Positions 1-8,728 of a stretch of 64,000 nucleotides of DNA are shown piece after piece. A model generated the notes under the pieces. The model was not told the DNA's origin, did no database searches, and worked only from the letters and a program-made list of their open reading frames with translations. The DNA is from Candidatus Heimdallarchaeota archaeon (GTDB taxonomy: Archaea > Asgardarchaeota > Heimdallarchaeia > Heimdallarchaeales > Heimdallarchaeaceae): NCBI GenBank assembly GCA_019057815.1, contig JAHLWR010000011.1:65648-129647 (forward strand). Direction: 5' to 3'. Position 1 is the first letter of the stretch. Every line of letters begins with the position of its first letter. A program made the translations under genes and the position numbers.

Positions 1-1
1 C

Positions 2-1411
2 TTTCCAGAAGTAAGAAATGAAGAAGGTAAGAGACTTTCTAAGACATCTAAAAATAATATTGTTTTCGATGATGCTGTTAACGTTCTTGGTGCAGATGTT
101 ATGAGATGGGTTTACTGCAAATCAAATTTGAGACAAAACTTAAACTTCAGCTATGATCTTGGCAAAGATGCAATGCGAAAACTCCTATCCTATTGGAATG
201 TTACTTATTTTCTTTTATCTTCAGCTTCAGCAGAAAACTTCTCTTTAAGTGAACTAAAGGAATTGCAGGAAACAAAAAAAACCAATCCTATGGATAGATG
301 GATGTTATCTGAATTAAATAAAACCGTTAAAGAAATACGAAACGCTTATGAGAACTTTGATGTCAAAGCTGTTATTGATGAAACAGAGGAATTCTTCGAA
401 AACATATCAAATTGGTATGTTAGACTAAATAGAAGAAGGTTCTGGAAAAGTGACCTTGATGTAGATAAAAAACAAGCTTATAACACTCTTTATAGATGCT
501 TGGATACGTTTAACAAATGTTTAGCCCCAATCTTACCTTTCACAACTGAATATATGTATAGAATGTTGACACCTCTTGAAGATTTTGAAAAAGTACCAAG
601 CGTCCACTTATGTTCATTTCCTGAAAATAAGCTGAGTAAGGAAGACGATAGAGTAAGAGGAACATTCAACAAAGTTAAACAACTTATTTCTATGGTATTA
701 ATGCTTAGAAATAATTCTCAAATAAAAGTTAGACAACCACTGAATGCCGTGCAAGTATGGTCTTCAAATCCCAGCGATTATAACGCTTTCAAGGAATATA
801 AAACTCAAATTCTCACAGAATTAAATATCAAAAAACTAGATATATTGACCGGTATAACTGAAAGTGTTGAATTCGTTATAAAGCTGGATTACTCTTTATT
901 AGGACCAAAATACAAAAAGAGACTGAATGAAATAAAGATGAAAGTTGCTGAAATAGATCAACAGACTTTAGAAGGATTATTTAGGGAAAAAAGGGTTTTA
1001 GCTTTGAAAACAGAGCTAAAAGAAATAACTCTACAACCAGATGAATATGAAATTTTGTTACAAGACAAAGAGGGTCACAAAAGCTTGGTGCAGGATGATT
1101 TGAGTGTTACTTTGGATGTTACATTAACTGAGAAACTAAGAGTTGAAGGCTGTGTAAGAGACATTGTAAGAAATATACAAAGAATGAGGCAAGAACTTGA
1201 TTTGGAAATAACAGAAACAATAATTGTTGCAATTATAGATAAAACACCTGAATCTTCTCTATTATCAAAAATAAAGGCGTTTAGGAATTATTTAAAATCT
1301 GAAACATTAGCTAGAGAAGTAGTTTTTGGTGAAGAATTAAGTAATATCTTATTAACTAAGAGCTTCAACTTTGATGAAAATACTCTTACAGTTCAAATCT
1401 CGAAGAGATGA
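2..1411 (+). CDS. ileS: Isoleucyl-tRNA synthetase (type 2, archaeal/eukaryote-like), 3' part; 5' end lies outside the window
   Basis: Frame is open from base 2 (FPEVRNEEGKRLSKTSKNNIVFDDAVNVLGADVMRW). Anticodon-binding motifs SNWYVRLNRRRFW, APILPF, SVHL and KVRQPL; type-2 C-terminal tail EGCVRDIVRNIQRMRQELDL. Confidence 0.95.
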   Translation, partial: FPEVRNEEGKRLSKTSKNNIVFDDAVNVLGADVMRWVYCKSNLRQNLNFSYDLGKDAMRKLLSYWNVTYFLLSSASAENFSLSELKELQETKKTNPMDRWMLSELNKTVKEIRNAYENFDVKAVIDETEEFFENISNWYVRLNRRRFWKSDLDVDKKQAYNTLYRCLDTFNKCLAPILPFTTEYMYRMLTPLEDFEKVPSVHLCSFPENKLSKEDDRVRGTFNKVKQLISMVLMLRNNSQIKVRQPLNAVQVWSSNPSDYNAFKEYKTQILTELNIKKLDILTGITESVEFVIKLDYSLLGPKYKKRLNEIKMKVAEIDQQTLEGLFREKRVLALKTELKEITLQPDEYEILLQDKEGHKSLVQDDLSVTLDVTLTEKLRVEGCVRDIVRNIQRMRQELDLEITETIIVAIIDKTPESSLLSKIKAFRNYLKSETLAREVVFGEELSNILLTKSFNFDENTLTVQISKR

Positions 1412-1578
1412 AGGGAAAAATATACCTTTTCTTCTTCAAGTAGTATTGAAAAAAAATTCGTATTTTCTTAAAAGTTTACTTTGACTCCTAGATTTCTCAT
1501 ATTCTTGGAAATTTCTTTACTTTCATAACGTTTGAGAGAGATTTACATCATCGATTTTCTATTTAAATAATAAACAGT

Positions 1579-1591
1579 AAAAGTTTATATA
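1579..1591 (+). promoter_or_regulatory. Archaeal BRE-TATA promoter (AAAAG-TTTATATA)
   Basis: Consensus TATA box at 1584-1591 after a purine-rich BRE; predicts a start near 1613-1616, where the first long stem begins. Confidence 0.55.
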
Positions 1592-1614
1592 TAGGTCTTA
1601 TATTCAAACTTTAT

Positions 1615-1853
1615 ACTGTCAATAGTGGAGTATGTCTATGCTAAGGAATGTCTTTGTGATTTTTCAACGATTTACTCAAATCAATGTTTAGACAACTCAC
1701 CAAAAGACAGTCAAATGGATGTAGAAAAATATGAATGAACAAACACAAAAAAGACCACAACTTCCAGAAACCTCCTTAATTCATTGGAAGTTAAATCCGA
1801 GACCATCTTATGTGTCTTTATGAATTGGTATACTCATGAAATACTTTACATCC
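1615..1853 (+). ncRNA. Candidate structured RNA or 5' leader with two long nested hairpins
   Basis: Hairpin 1: ACTGTC(1615-20)/GACAGT(1706-11), GTGGAGT/ACTCAC, TGTCTA(1633-38)/TAGACA(1689-94). Hairpin 2: GGATGTAGA(1717-25)/TTTACATCC(1845-53), ACACA/TGTGT, AAGA/TCTT, AACTTCCA(1759-66)/TGGAAGTT(1785-92). Confidence 0.45.
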
Positions 1854-1877
1854 TCGAGAAAATCTAAAGTGATTTAA

Positions 1878-2537
1878 ATGACTGAACACCAAGAAAAAAA
1901 AGGATTTAAATGGCCTTGGGACTATTTCCATTTTTAAGTGAAAGGACGTGGATCTCCCTTTGCAAACGCTGAAAAAGGCAAGTTTATGTCTGTTACCTTT
2001 TTTGCTGAATGGCTGATATTATGGTTTTCCTTATTGATGGTCATAATCGTTTTTGCAATACAGCAAGATTGGACTGAAGATGGCGCAGTAGGGAATTACT
2101 TCGCAAGTGTAGGATTAGGGCTAGTAGTCGCACTCATCCTTGCGTGGTTCTTCTTTGTCTTCATTATAGGACCATTAGCAATGAGTATGGTGCAATATGA
2201 TTTCAGAGCAGATTTCAGAGAGAAGAGTACAAAAGAACTTATGTTTTCAAAGAAATCGTTGAAGTTCTGGCTTTGGGGTATCATAGTAGATACAATGATC
2301 ATTATTCCAATAGCCACAGGAATACCATTCGCAATAATGACCATCTTACATAACGTACCCGCCGCAGCAGCATGGACCCATGTGTGGACCTGGGTTAATT
2401 TCTGGGATGCTTATTGGAAAGCATGGATATTAGCAATAGTAATCATTGTCATTCTACTAGCGTTCCTAAAATGGCAAAGTGGACCTAACAAGAAATTAAT
2501 CGCAAGAATGCAAGCACAAGGACCTCCAAAAAAGTAA
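1878..2537 (+). CDS. Four-TM membrane protein of unknown function; probable ATG at 1878 with an in-frame TAA at 1935-1937 (ORF track starts at GTG 1938)
   Basis: Four hydrophobic segments. ATG 1878 follows an AGTGAT SD-like site and is in frame: MTEHQEKKGFKWPWDYFHF*VKGRG. Confidence 0.7.
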
Positions 2538-2576
2538 ATCCAAACAGATAAGTGGAAACAACTAAATGTTTCTTGC

Positions 2577-2592
2577 TTTTTTATTTTTTTTA
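2577..2592 (+). terminator. Oligo-T archaeal terminator
   Basis: Long T-rich run about 40 nt after the stop at 2537. Confidence 0.45.
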
Positions 2593-2783
2593 ATTAAAAC
2601 TGTAAATACACTTAAGATAATAGAATAGATTTATTTTCATTATTCAGCTGTTTTACTCATAATAAATCTTAATTTTTCAAATAAGAATATAAATCAAGAA
2701 TGTTGTATACTTCATATCAGAGAATTTTGGTTGTAAAATCATCTTTGAAAAGAGATTAAGAAATGATGGAACAAAAATAACTG

Positions 2784-3431
2784 GTGGTAGAAAAAGTGGA
2801 TCTTTACACAAAATCCAAAGAAGCAATTCTTAATGGTAACACGTCATTAGCAGAAGAGATTGTTAAGAAAGCGATTTTAGAGAACTATGATATTAATGCA
2901 TTAATTGATACTCTCTCAGAAGCGATTAGAGAAGCTGGTGATCTTTTTGAAGAAGGAGAATTTTTCCTACCTGAACTTATGCGTAGTGCTGAAGCCATGA
3001 AAGCAGCTATGGGAATTTTAACACCAACACTTTCACAAGAAAAGGAATCTAGATTTATTGGTAAAGTAGTTATTGGAACAATAGAAGGAGACATTCACGA
3101 TATTGGTAAAACACTCGTTGCTTCAATGCTTTCTGCTGAAGGATTCGAAGTCTATGATCTTGGAGCTGATGTTCCTGTTGCAACTTTTATTGATAAAGCT
3201 GTAGAAGTAGATGCTCACCTAATATGTGTTTCAGCATTATTGACAACTACAATGGTTGGTCAAAAGAAGTTGATAGATACTCTAAATGAAAGAAACATTC
3301 GTGAGAAATTTAAAGTTTTATTGGGTGGAGCACCTGTTTCTAAACGATGGGTTGAAGAAATTGGAGCTGATGGTACAGCAGATAACGCTATAAGTGCTGT
3401 CAAACTCGCAAAAAAATTGATGGTGTTATGA
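2784..3431 (+). CDS. Corrinoid (B12-binding) protein, MtbC/MttC/MetH cap + B12-binding domain
   Basis: FFLPELM cap motif, DxHxxG motif EGDIHDIGK, SALLTTT and GGAP. Confidence 0.95.
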   Translation: MVEKVDLYTKSKEAILNGNTSLAEEIVKKAILENYDINALIDTLSEAIREAGDLFEEGEFFLPELMRSAEAMKAAMGILTPTLSQEKESRFIGKVVIGTIEGDIHDIGKTLVASMLSAEGFEVYDLGADVPVATFIDKAVEVDAHLICVSALLTTTMVGQKKLIDTLNERNIREKFKVLLGGAPVSKRWVEEIGADGTADNAISAVKLAKKLMVL

Positions 3432-3444
3432 GGAAGTATTTCCT

Positions 3445-4329
3445 TTGCGAAACAAAAAGCACATTCTAGACTTGGTTAAAGAACGCGTTGTTATACTGGA
3501 TGGAGCCATGGGCTCACTATTAATTAATCAAGGATTGCAAATTGGTATACCTCCTGAAAGCTGGAACGTTACTAATTCAGAGTTAATACAAAAAATTCAT
3601 CTTGACTATTATAATGCAGGTTCTGATGTCGTTTTAACCAATACATTTGGTGGTTCCAGATTAAAGTTGAGTGCACATAACCATGGGGAGAGGGTTGAAG
3701 AATATAATACCGAAGCAGTAGAGATAGCGAGAGAGATATGCCCAGAAGAAGGTTATATTGCAGGAGATATAGGTCCATCTGGAAAATTTTTACCTCCTGT
3801 AGGTAAAGTAACTATTGATGATTTTGAAGAAACCTTCCTAGAACAGACTCGAATTTTAGCCAATGTTGAGGTTGATTTCTTTTTCATAGAAACAATGGTT
3901 GATCTTAAAGAAGCAGAATCTGCTGTCAAGGCGGCTAAAAAAACTTCTAACCTACCAATATTTGTTTCTATCACCTATAAAAAGACAAAAAGAGGTTATT
4001 TTACAATAATGGGGAACTCTGTAGAGCAATGTGTTGACACACTACATAAAGCTGGAGCAGATGTAATTGGCGCAAATTGTACATTAAGTAGCAATGAGAT
4101 GATTGATTTGATACCACAGATAAAACAATTTACAGATTTACCCATTGTAGCAAAACCGAATGCAGGAAAACCACAACTAGTTGGAGGGAAAACAGTGTAT
4201 CTGACTTCTCCTAAAGATTTCGCAGAGGACATTTTCCAAATGGTTGAAAAAAAAGCTGCTATTGTTGGAGGATGTTGTGGAACAAACCCTCAGTTTATTG
4301 AAAATATTGTTCAAAGAGCAAAGAGGTAA
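3445..4329 (+). CDS. Homocysteine S-methyltransferase domain protein (stand-alone MetH Hcy-binding module)
   Basis: LDGAMG, TNTFGG, GDIGPSG, IETM, GANC, PNAG and Zn-binding GGCCGT. Confidence 0.95.
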   Translation: MRNKKHILDLVKERVVILDGAMGSLLINQGLQIGIPPESWNVTNSELIQKIHLDYYNAGSDVVLTNTFGGSRLKLSAHNHGERVEEYNTEAVEIAREICPEEGYIAGDIGPSGKFLPPVGKVTIDDFEETFLEQTRILANVEVDFFFIETMVDLKEAESAVKAAKKTSNLPIFVSITYKKTKRGYFTIMGNSVEQCVDTLHKAGADVIGANCTLSSNEMIDLIPQIKQFTDLPIVAKPNAGKPQLVGGKTVYLTSPKDFAEDIFQMVEKKAAIVGGCCGTNPQFIENIVQRAKR

Positions 4330-4333
4330 TCTT

Positions 4334-4990
4334 GTGTCCATCATTGAAGATTTTCAAATATATCTAAACGACAAAGAGATTCTTCGATTATTGAGGGGTG
4401 GGAATTCAACTAAAGCTAGAAATAGAGAGGTACCACAAGATTTACTTCATGAAATCAAAGAAATGAAAGAAATTGCAATAGATCTAATCAAACCTAGGGG
4501 AATATATAACATCTTTAACAGCAGAAATTTAGTACCTCGTTTTCTTTTTGAAAAGTCAGAAAGAACTGTTTTGGCTGTTTGTACTATAGGAGAAAATTTA
4601 GAAAAAAGGTGTTCAGAGTTTATTAAAAGAGGAAAACTTTCAAACGGAGTCATTTTAGATGCAATTGCATCACATGCAGCAGAAGAAACAGCTGAATATG
4701 TAAATCAAAAGATATTAGAAGAGATTGTGCAAGAAACAAAAGGAAAAGAAATAACCTACAGATTTAGTCCAGGATATTGCAAATGGTCTTTAGAAGAAGG
4801 ACAAAAGCTAATTTTTAATTTCTTACAAACAGCATCAATTGAAGTATCCCTGACTAAATCTATGATGATGAGGCCTGTTAAATCAGTATCCTTTGCAATT
4901 AATACAGGATTAGAAGTAGACAAAGAACTTGGAATAAAAAACTGTGAAACATGCGACCTGATTAATTGTGCTTATCGAAAAGTAAAGTAA
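4334..4990 (+). CDS. B12-dependent methionine synthase activation (AdoMet-binding) domain protein with a C-terminal Cys cluster
   Basis: VCTIG, LDAIAS, RFSPGY, MMRPVKSVS and CxxCxxxxC tail. Likely start is GTG 4334 after GAGGT, in frame with ORF 4244..4990. Confidence 0.9.
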   Translation: MSIIEDFQIYLNDKEILRLLRGGNSTKARNREVPQDLLHEIKEMKEIAIDLIKPRGIYNIFNSRNLVPRFLFEKSERTVLAVCTIGENLEKRCSEFIKRGKLSNGVILDAIASHAAEETAEYVNQKILEEIVQETKGKEITYRFSPGYCKWSLEEGQKLIFNFLQTASIEVSLTKSMMMRPVKSVSFAINTGLEVDKELGIKNCETCDLINCAYRKVK

Positions 4991-5316
4991 TCTACTAAAA
5001 GATAGATCAAATATTGATGCAATAATATCAAAACCAAGTAACCTTGATTTAATAAAAAAATATTCATCTATTGCATAATACTAAAACGCTTAGTAGTATT
5101 TAATCTCAAAATTCAACTCGTCTGATCTTCTTTTGGCTTTCGGTTCAAGTAAAAGAATTTTGGAGATGTTATAGCTACATTATTTTCATCAACATGTTTT
5201 TGTAATATTGTCAGTCTTTTAAGGAACTGGAATTGTTTCCATGCCAAGTTATTTCCAAGATATTGTTCCACCAGAGGAAAACAGATGAAAAAAAGTATAG
5301 AAAAGAGCTATATAGT

Positions 5317-6579
5317 TCATCTTCTTCTTTTGTATACAGAAGAAAGTAAACAAACATTAACGATAAGGCTAAAAACCACGAATAATATTGGAAATGAGCT
5401 TTTTTCTGTTGTTGAAGATACTGTTTCAGACGAAGTAGTTAGAGTAGTAACTATCGGTTCACCAAGAGGCCAAGGATCAATAGAACCAGCAGAACCATCA
5501 ATCAAATAAGGAATTGTTGAATAATCTGACCAGTAATTACCTTTGTTTGAGGTTTTATCATACCAAGTGTTATTTGATCCACCATCAAAAGCTTGAGGTC
5601 CTTGAGTAATATACAAATTATTATCAACAAATTCATTATGGTGAATAATATTATCTACTGAGTATTCATCAATATAAGCTCCGTAATCGTAATTTCGGTT
5701 AAACAGATTATGTCTAATAACATTAGAATCAGCATCCATTAGTTTAATGCCGTTTTTGTTGTTACTACAATCATTGTAAGCAATGGTTGAACAACTATAA
5801 CCAAGTAGTTTAATACCATAGTAGTTGTTGTTGCTGCACGTGTTGTTCATAACAGTAGAGTGATAGTAGAAATGAACGATTGAATAAAGGTAAATTCCAA
5901 TATCACCTTCGTTAAAAGTGTTATTTATAATAATAGAGGAAGCTTGAAGTAATTTTATTCCCCACTTATTATAAAAGCAATCATTGTCAAAAACATAGCA
6001 GCTTTCCAAATATAAAAGAGCAATTCCTTCGAAAGTATTACCCCCACAAGTATTTTTCTCAATTGAACAATTTTCTGAATTATGAAGTTCAATACCTACA
6101 TAATTACTGAGGCAGGTGTTGTTAACTATAGTGGAATTGGAACTATCAGAGAGATAAATACCTGCATAATTGCTGCTTACACATGTATTGTTATTGATTA
6201 TTGCGGTTCCTACAGATATTGATTCAATATGAATACCGGAAAAAGCATATTCAATGAAACAATGCTGGATAATGAAATGTTTAGTTACATTGTAAACTAG
6301 AATACCGTAGTATCCATAAGCTGTAATGGTAATGGTATAGCCTTCAATGACATAAGGATCAATTTCTGTGCCTGAACCAGGAAAACCATAATCGGTGAAA
6401 TTCGCATCACAGATAATCTCTATCCTTTCGTGAGGAGTTAAAGCGGAGAAAACATCAAGGTTTATATCATAAACGCTTATTTTGGAATTTGTTGCTACAG
6501 AATTAAGGAGAAGTGAAAGAATCAAGGTGCAACTTATGGAAATTTTCAAAGCTAATTTTATTGATGATTTTACTTTCAT
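5317..6579 (-). CDS. Secreted right-handed beta-helix (NosD/CASH-like) surface protein with a C-terminal TM anchor
   Basis: Signal peptide, GSGTEIDPYVIEG, repeated IxNNTCxxNxxGIxL units, GNYWSDY, S/T linker, TM helix and KRRR tail. Confidence 0.9.
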   Translation of the reverse strand: MKVKSSIKLALKISISCTLILSLLLNSVATNSKISVYDINLDVFSALTPHERIEIICDANFTDYGFPGSGTEIDPYVIEGYTITITAYGYYGILVYNVTKHFIIQHCFIEYAFSGIHIESISVGTAIINNNTCVSSNYAGIYLSDSSNSTIVNNTCLSNYVGIELHNSENCSIEKNTCGGNTFEGIALLYLESCYVFDNDCFYNKWGIKLLQASSIIINNTFNEGDIGIYLYSIVHFYYHSTVMNNTCSNNNYYGIKLLGYSCSTIAYNDCSNNKNGIKLMDADSNVIRHNLFNRNYDYGAYIDEYSVDNIIHHNEFVDNNLYITQGPQAFDGGSNNTWYDKTSNKGNYWSDYSTIPYLIDGSAGSIDPWPLGEPIVTTLTTSSETVSSTTEKSSFPILFVVFSLIVNVCLLSSVYKRRR

Positions 6580-6650
6580 AAGAGCACATTCCAGTGTACT
6601 AAATATATTCTTTTTTCTTGCTAATAAATGATTCTAAATGAAAGTTTAAA

Positions 6651-6822
6651 AGCATGTCCCAAAACCTCCTAATCACCTCTAGAGGGTCTGAGCGTACAAA
6701 AGAAAGGTGTACCTGAGAAAAGGGCAAAGTAAAGTTCTGAGTTTATTTCTTCCTTTCTCCGCTAAAAGATCTTTCTCCCTTAGAGACGCTCTAATCATCT
6801 TATACTATTTTTAGGACATGCC
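6651..6822. mobile_element. MITE (172 bp, non-autonomous IS derivative)
   Basis: Terminal inverted repeats GCATGTCCCAAAA (6652-6664) and TTTTAGGACATGC (6809-6821), with TAAA on both flanks. Its left ~96 bp and right ~75 bp match 18761-18856 and 21969-22047. Confidence 0.85.
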
Positions 6823-6941
6823 TAAATTAGTGAAAATTGTTACAGCATTTTGATTAGATAAAAACTTGATTCTCTTAGTCAACAACACACTCCTTGAATA
6901 TTTGATTATCTTTATAATCGTAATTTAATATCTAATAAATA

Positions 6942-8147
6942 ATGATAAGGAAGACAAAAAAAACTAAATATTTAATTGTGGTGCTTGTAATTATTCTCAT
7001 ATTACTAAATTCTAGAAGTTCTTATCAAAGTACTAATTATAAATACTCTGCAATCCCTAAACCAATGTCACCAAGCACCTCCCTTTCTGAGTCGCTAATT
7101 TTCTATATCCTTTCACCTGAGAATGATTCTGTCTTCTTTGACCAACCTATTTTTACATATTATATTTCAACTATGGAAGCCGCTTTGTCATTTTGGTTGA
7201 ATGGATCAATAGTTGCTAATCTTGTAAATAACTCCATCCTTCCTTTGACATACAGAGGATGGTACAACTTGACTGGCGTTGCAATCTTTAATAGCAGTAT
7301 TATTACGCATCAGGTTATTTTTGGATATTTTCCTGATCTATCAGTTAATGTAAACTATACTGCTTGTTACCTTAACACATGGCGCCATATTTATGGATAT
7401 GAAAGCGATTCTATCCCTACCTATGGTATTAATGAAATAATAACCTTATTTGTTCAACCAAATGAGAAAAAAGAAACATTGAATATCACAATTGAATACG
7501 GAAGGGTACAAGATGTCTTACCCTTAGATGAAGGAAATTATACTTGGGTTAATAGCACTACACTACAAATAACAATAGAACCTCTAATAAGAAACTATCC
7601 AATGCCTAGTTATCTTACCCATAAAATGATCTTTAATATGAGTTCAATACTTCCTAATAGTTATAATAGCCAAGACTTTTACTTCTATCGAAATGTTGTG
7701 CCACCTCAGATAATCCCATTCGAGTACGAAAAATTTCTTATTGCTACCCTCTCAGGTGCAGCTTACGGTCATTTTTATATTTGGTCAATGATTTCCGAAT
7801 TGGTTAATATATCTATATATTTAGATGGTTTTCTGATCCTTGAAGAGTACAATAAAAACGGTTTCAGAATAGAGTATTTTACGATAATTATTGACACTAC
7901 TCTGTACTCCAATGGTAATCATACATTAGAGATCCTTGTTACAGATTTCTTCAATCTAACTTCGAAAGTAGAATATATTCTTGATTTCTTTAATCATGAA
8001 TCAACAAATAGTACGACAGAAATAATAACTAATAATGGATCATCATCTTTAACATGGCTTTACTACCTCATAGGTTTCTATTGTTTAAGTGTGTTGGCTA
8101 TTTTAATATTTCGTCGATATTACATCAGGCGAAAAAAACAAGCCTAA
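6942..8147 (+). CDS. Membrane-anchored surface protein with Ig-like beta-rich segments
   Basis: N-terminal hydrophobic helix; IDTTLYSNGNHTLEILVTD (Ig-like); many NxS/T sequons; C-terminal TM followed by RRKK. Confidence 0.75.
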   Translation: MIRKTKKTKYLIVVLVIILILLNSRSSYQSTNYKYSAIPKPMSPSTSLSESLIFYILSPENDSVFFDQPIFTYYISTMEAALSFWLNGSIVANLVNNSILPLTYRGWYNLTGVAIFNSSIITHQVIFGYFPDLSVNVNYTACYLNTWRHIYGYESDSIPTYGINEIITLFVQPNEKKETLNITIEYGRVQDVLPLDEGNYTWVNSTTLQITIEPLIRNYPMPSYLTHKMIFNMSSILPNSYNSQDFYFYRNVVPPQIIPFEYEKFLIATLSGAAYGHFYIWSMISELVNISIYLDGFLILEEYNKNGFRIEYFTIIIDTTLYSNGNHTLEILVTDFFNLTSKVEYILDFFNHESTNSTTEIITNNGSSSLTWLYYLIGFYCLSVLAILIFRRYYIRRKKQA

Positions 8148-8156
8148 ATATCTCAA

Positions 8157-8621
8157 TTACTTATTATTAACACAAATAAATGAAACTAAATAGATTGTCC
8201 AACATGGTATACTGATCATGTTCCAGAGATGATAGAAGGATAAGAGAAGTTGCACCATACTAGCACCCCACATCACTCCGAAAATGAATCCTGTTGTGAT
8301 ATAGTATTTTCGATCAAAGGTAAGCGTCATTTTTACCCACAAAATCCAGTAAACGATGAAAATGAAGACAAAACATGATACGCAAAACGTAATCCATTTG
8401 GGATTTATCAGTTGTTCTGTAGTAGCAATGGGTTGATTCAACATATGTTCTAAAGTGCCAGTTATTGCAGAAATAATATTACAAAACGTGAAATAAATAA
8501 GCGCTCGAGTCCAAGCTACACTTGGTTTCCAAATGGTTACAGGGAGCTTACGATATCTAATGATGTAAAATGAGATTAGAATTAATGCAACAATTGACAT
8601 AATTATGGTGTAGAGCCGCAT
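8157..8621 (-). CDS. Hypothetical multi-TM membrane protein, possibly C-terminally truncated
   Basis: 154-aa hydrophobic ORF ending abruptly within a hydrophobic segment, 9 bp from the convergent gene. Confidence 0.6.
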   Translation of the reverse strand: MRLYTIIMSIVALILISFYIIRYRKLPVTIWKPSVAWTRALIYFTFCNIISAITGTLEHMLNQPIATTEQLINPKWITFCVSCFVFIFIVYWILWVKMTLTFDRKYYITTGFIFGVMWGASMVQLLLSFYHLWNMISIPCWTIYLVSFICVNNK

Positions 8622-8728
8622 CCTTTTTCACATTTTAATAAAACCTTATAATTGTTCTCCAGTAGTAAATAATATTTTTAAGATATAGCACATATGTACA
8701 TGTAATTCAAATACTGAAGTGAAACCTA

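Noticed and set aside
5110-5285. Possible decayed gene fragment on the minus strand (GGTISWK, rhodanese-like)
   Set aside because: Too short and interrupted by stops to support a call.
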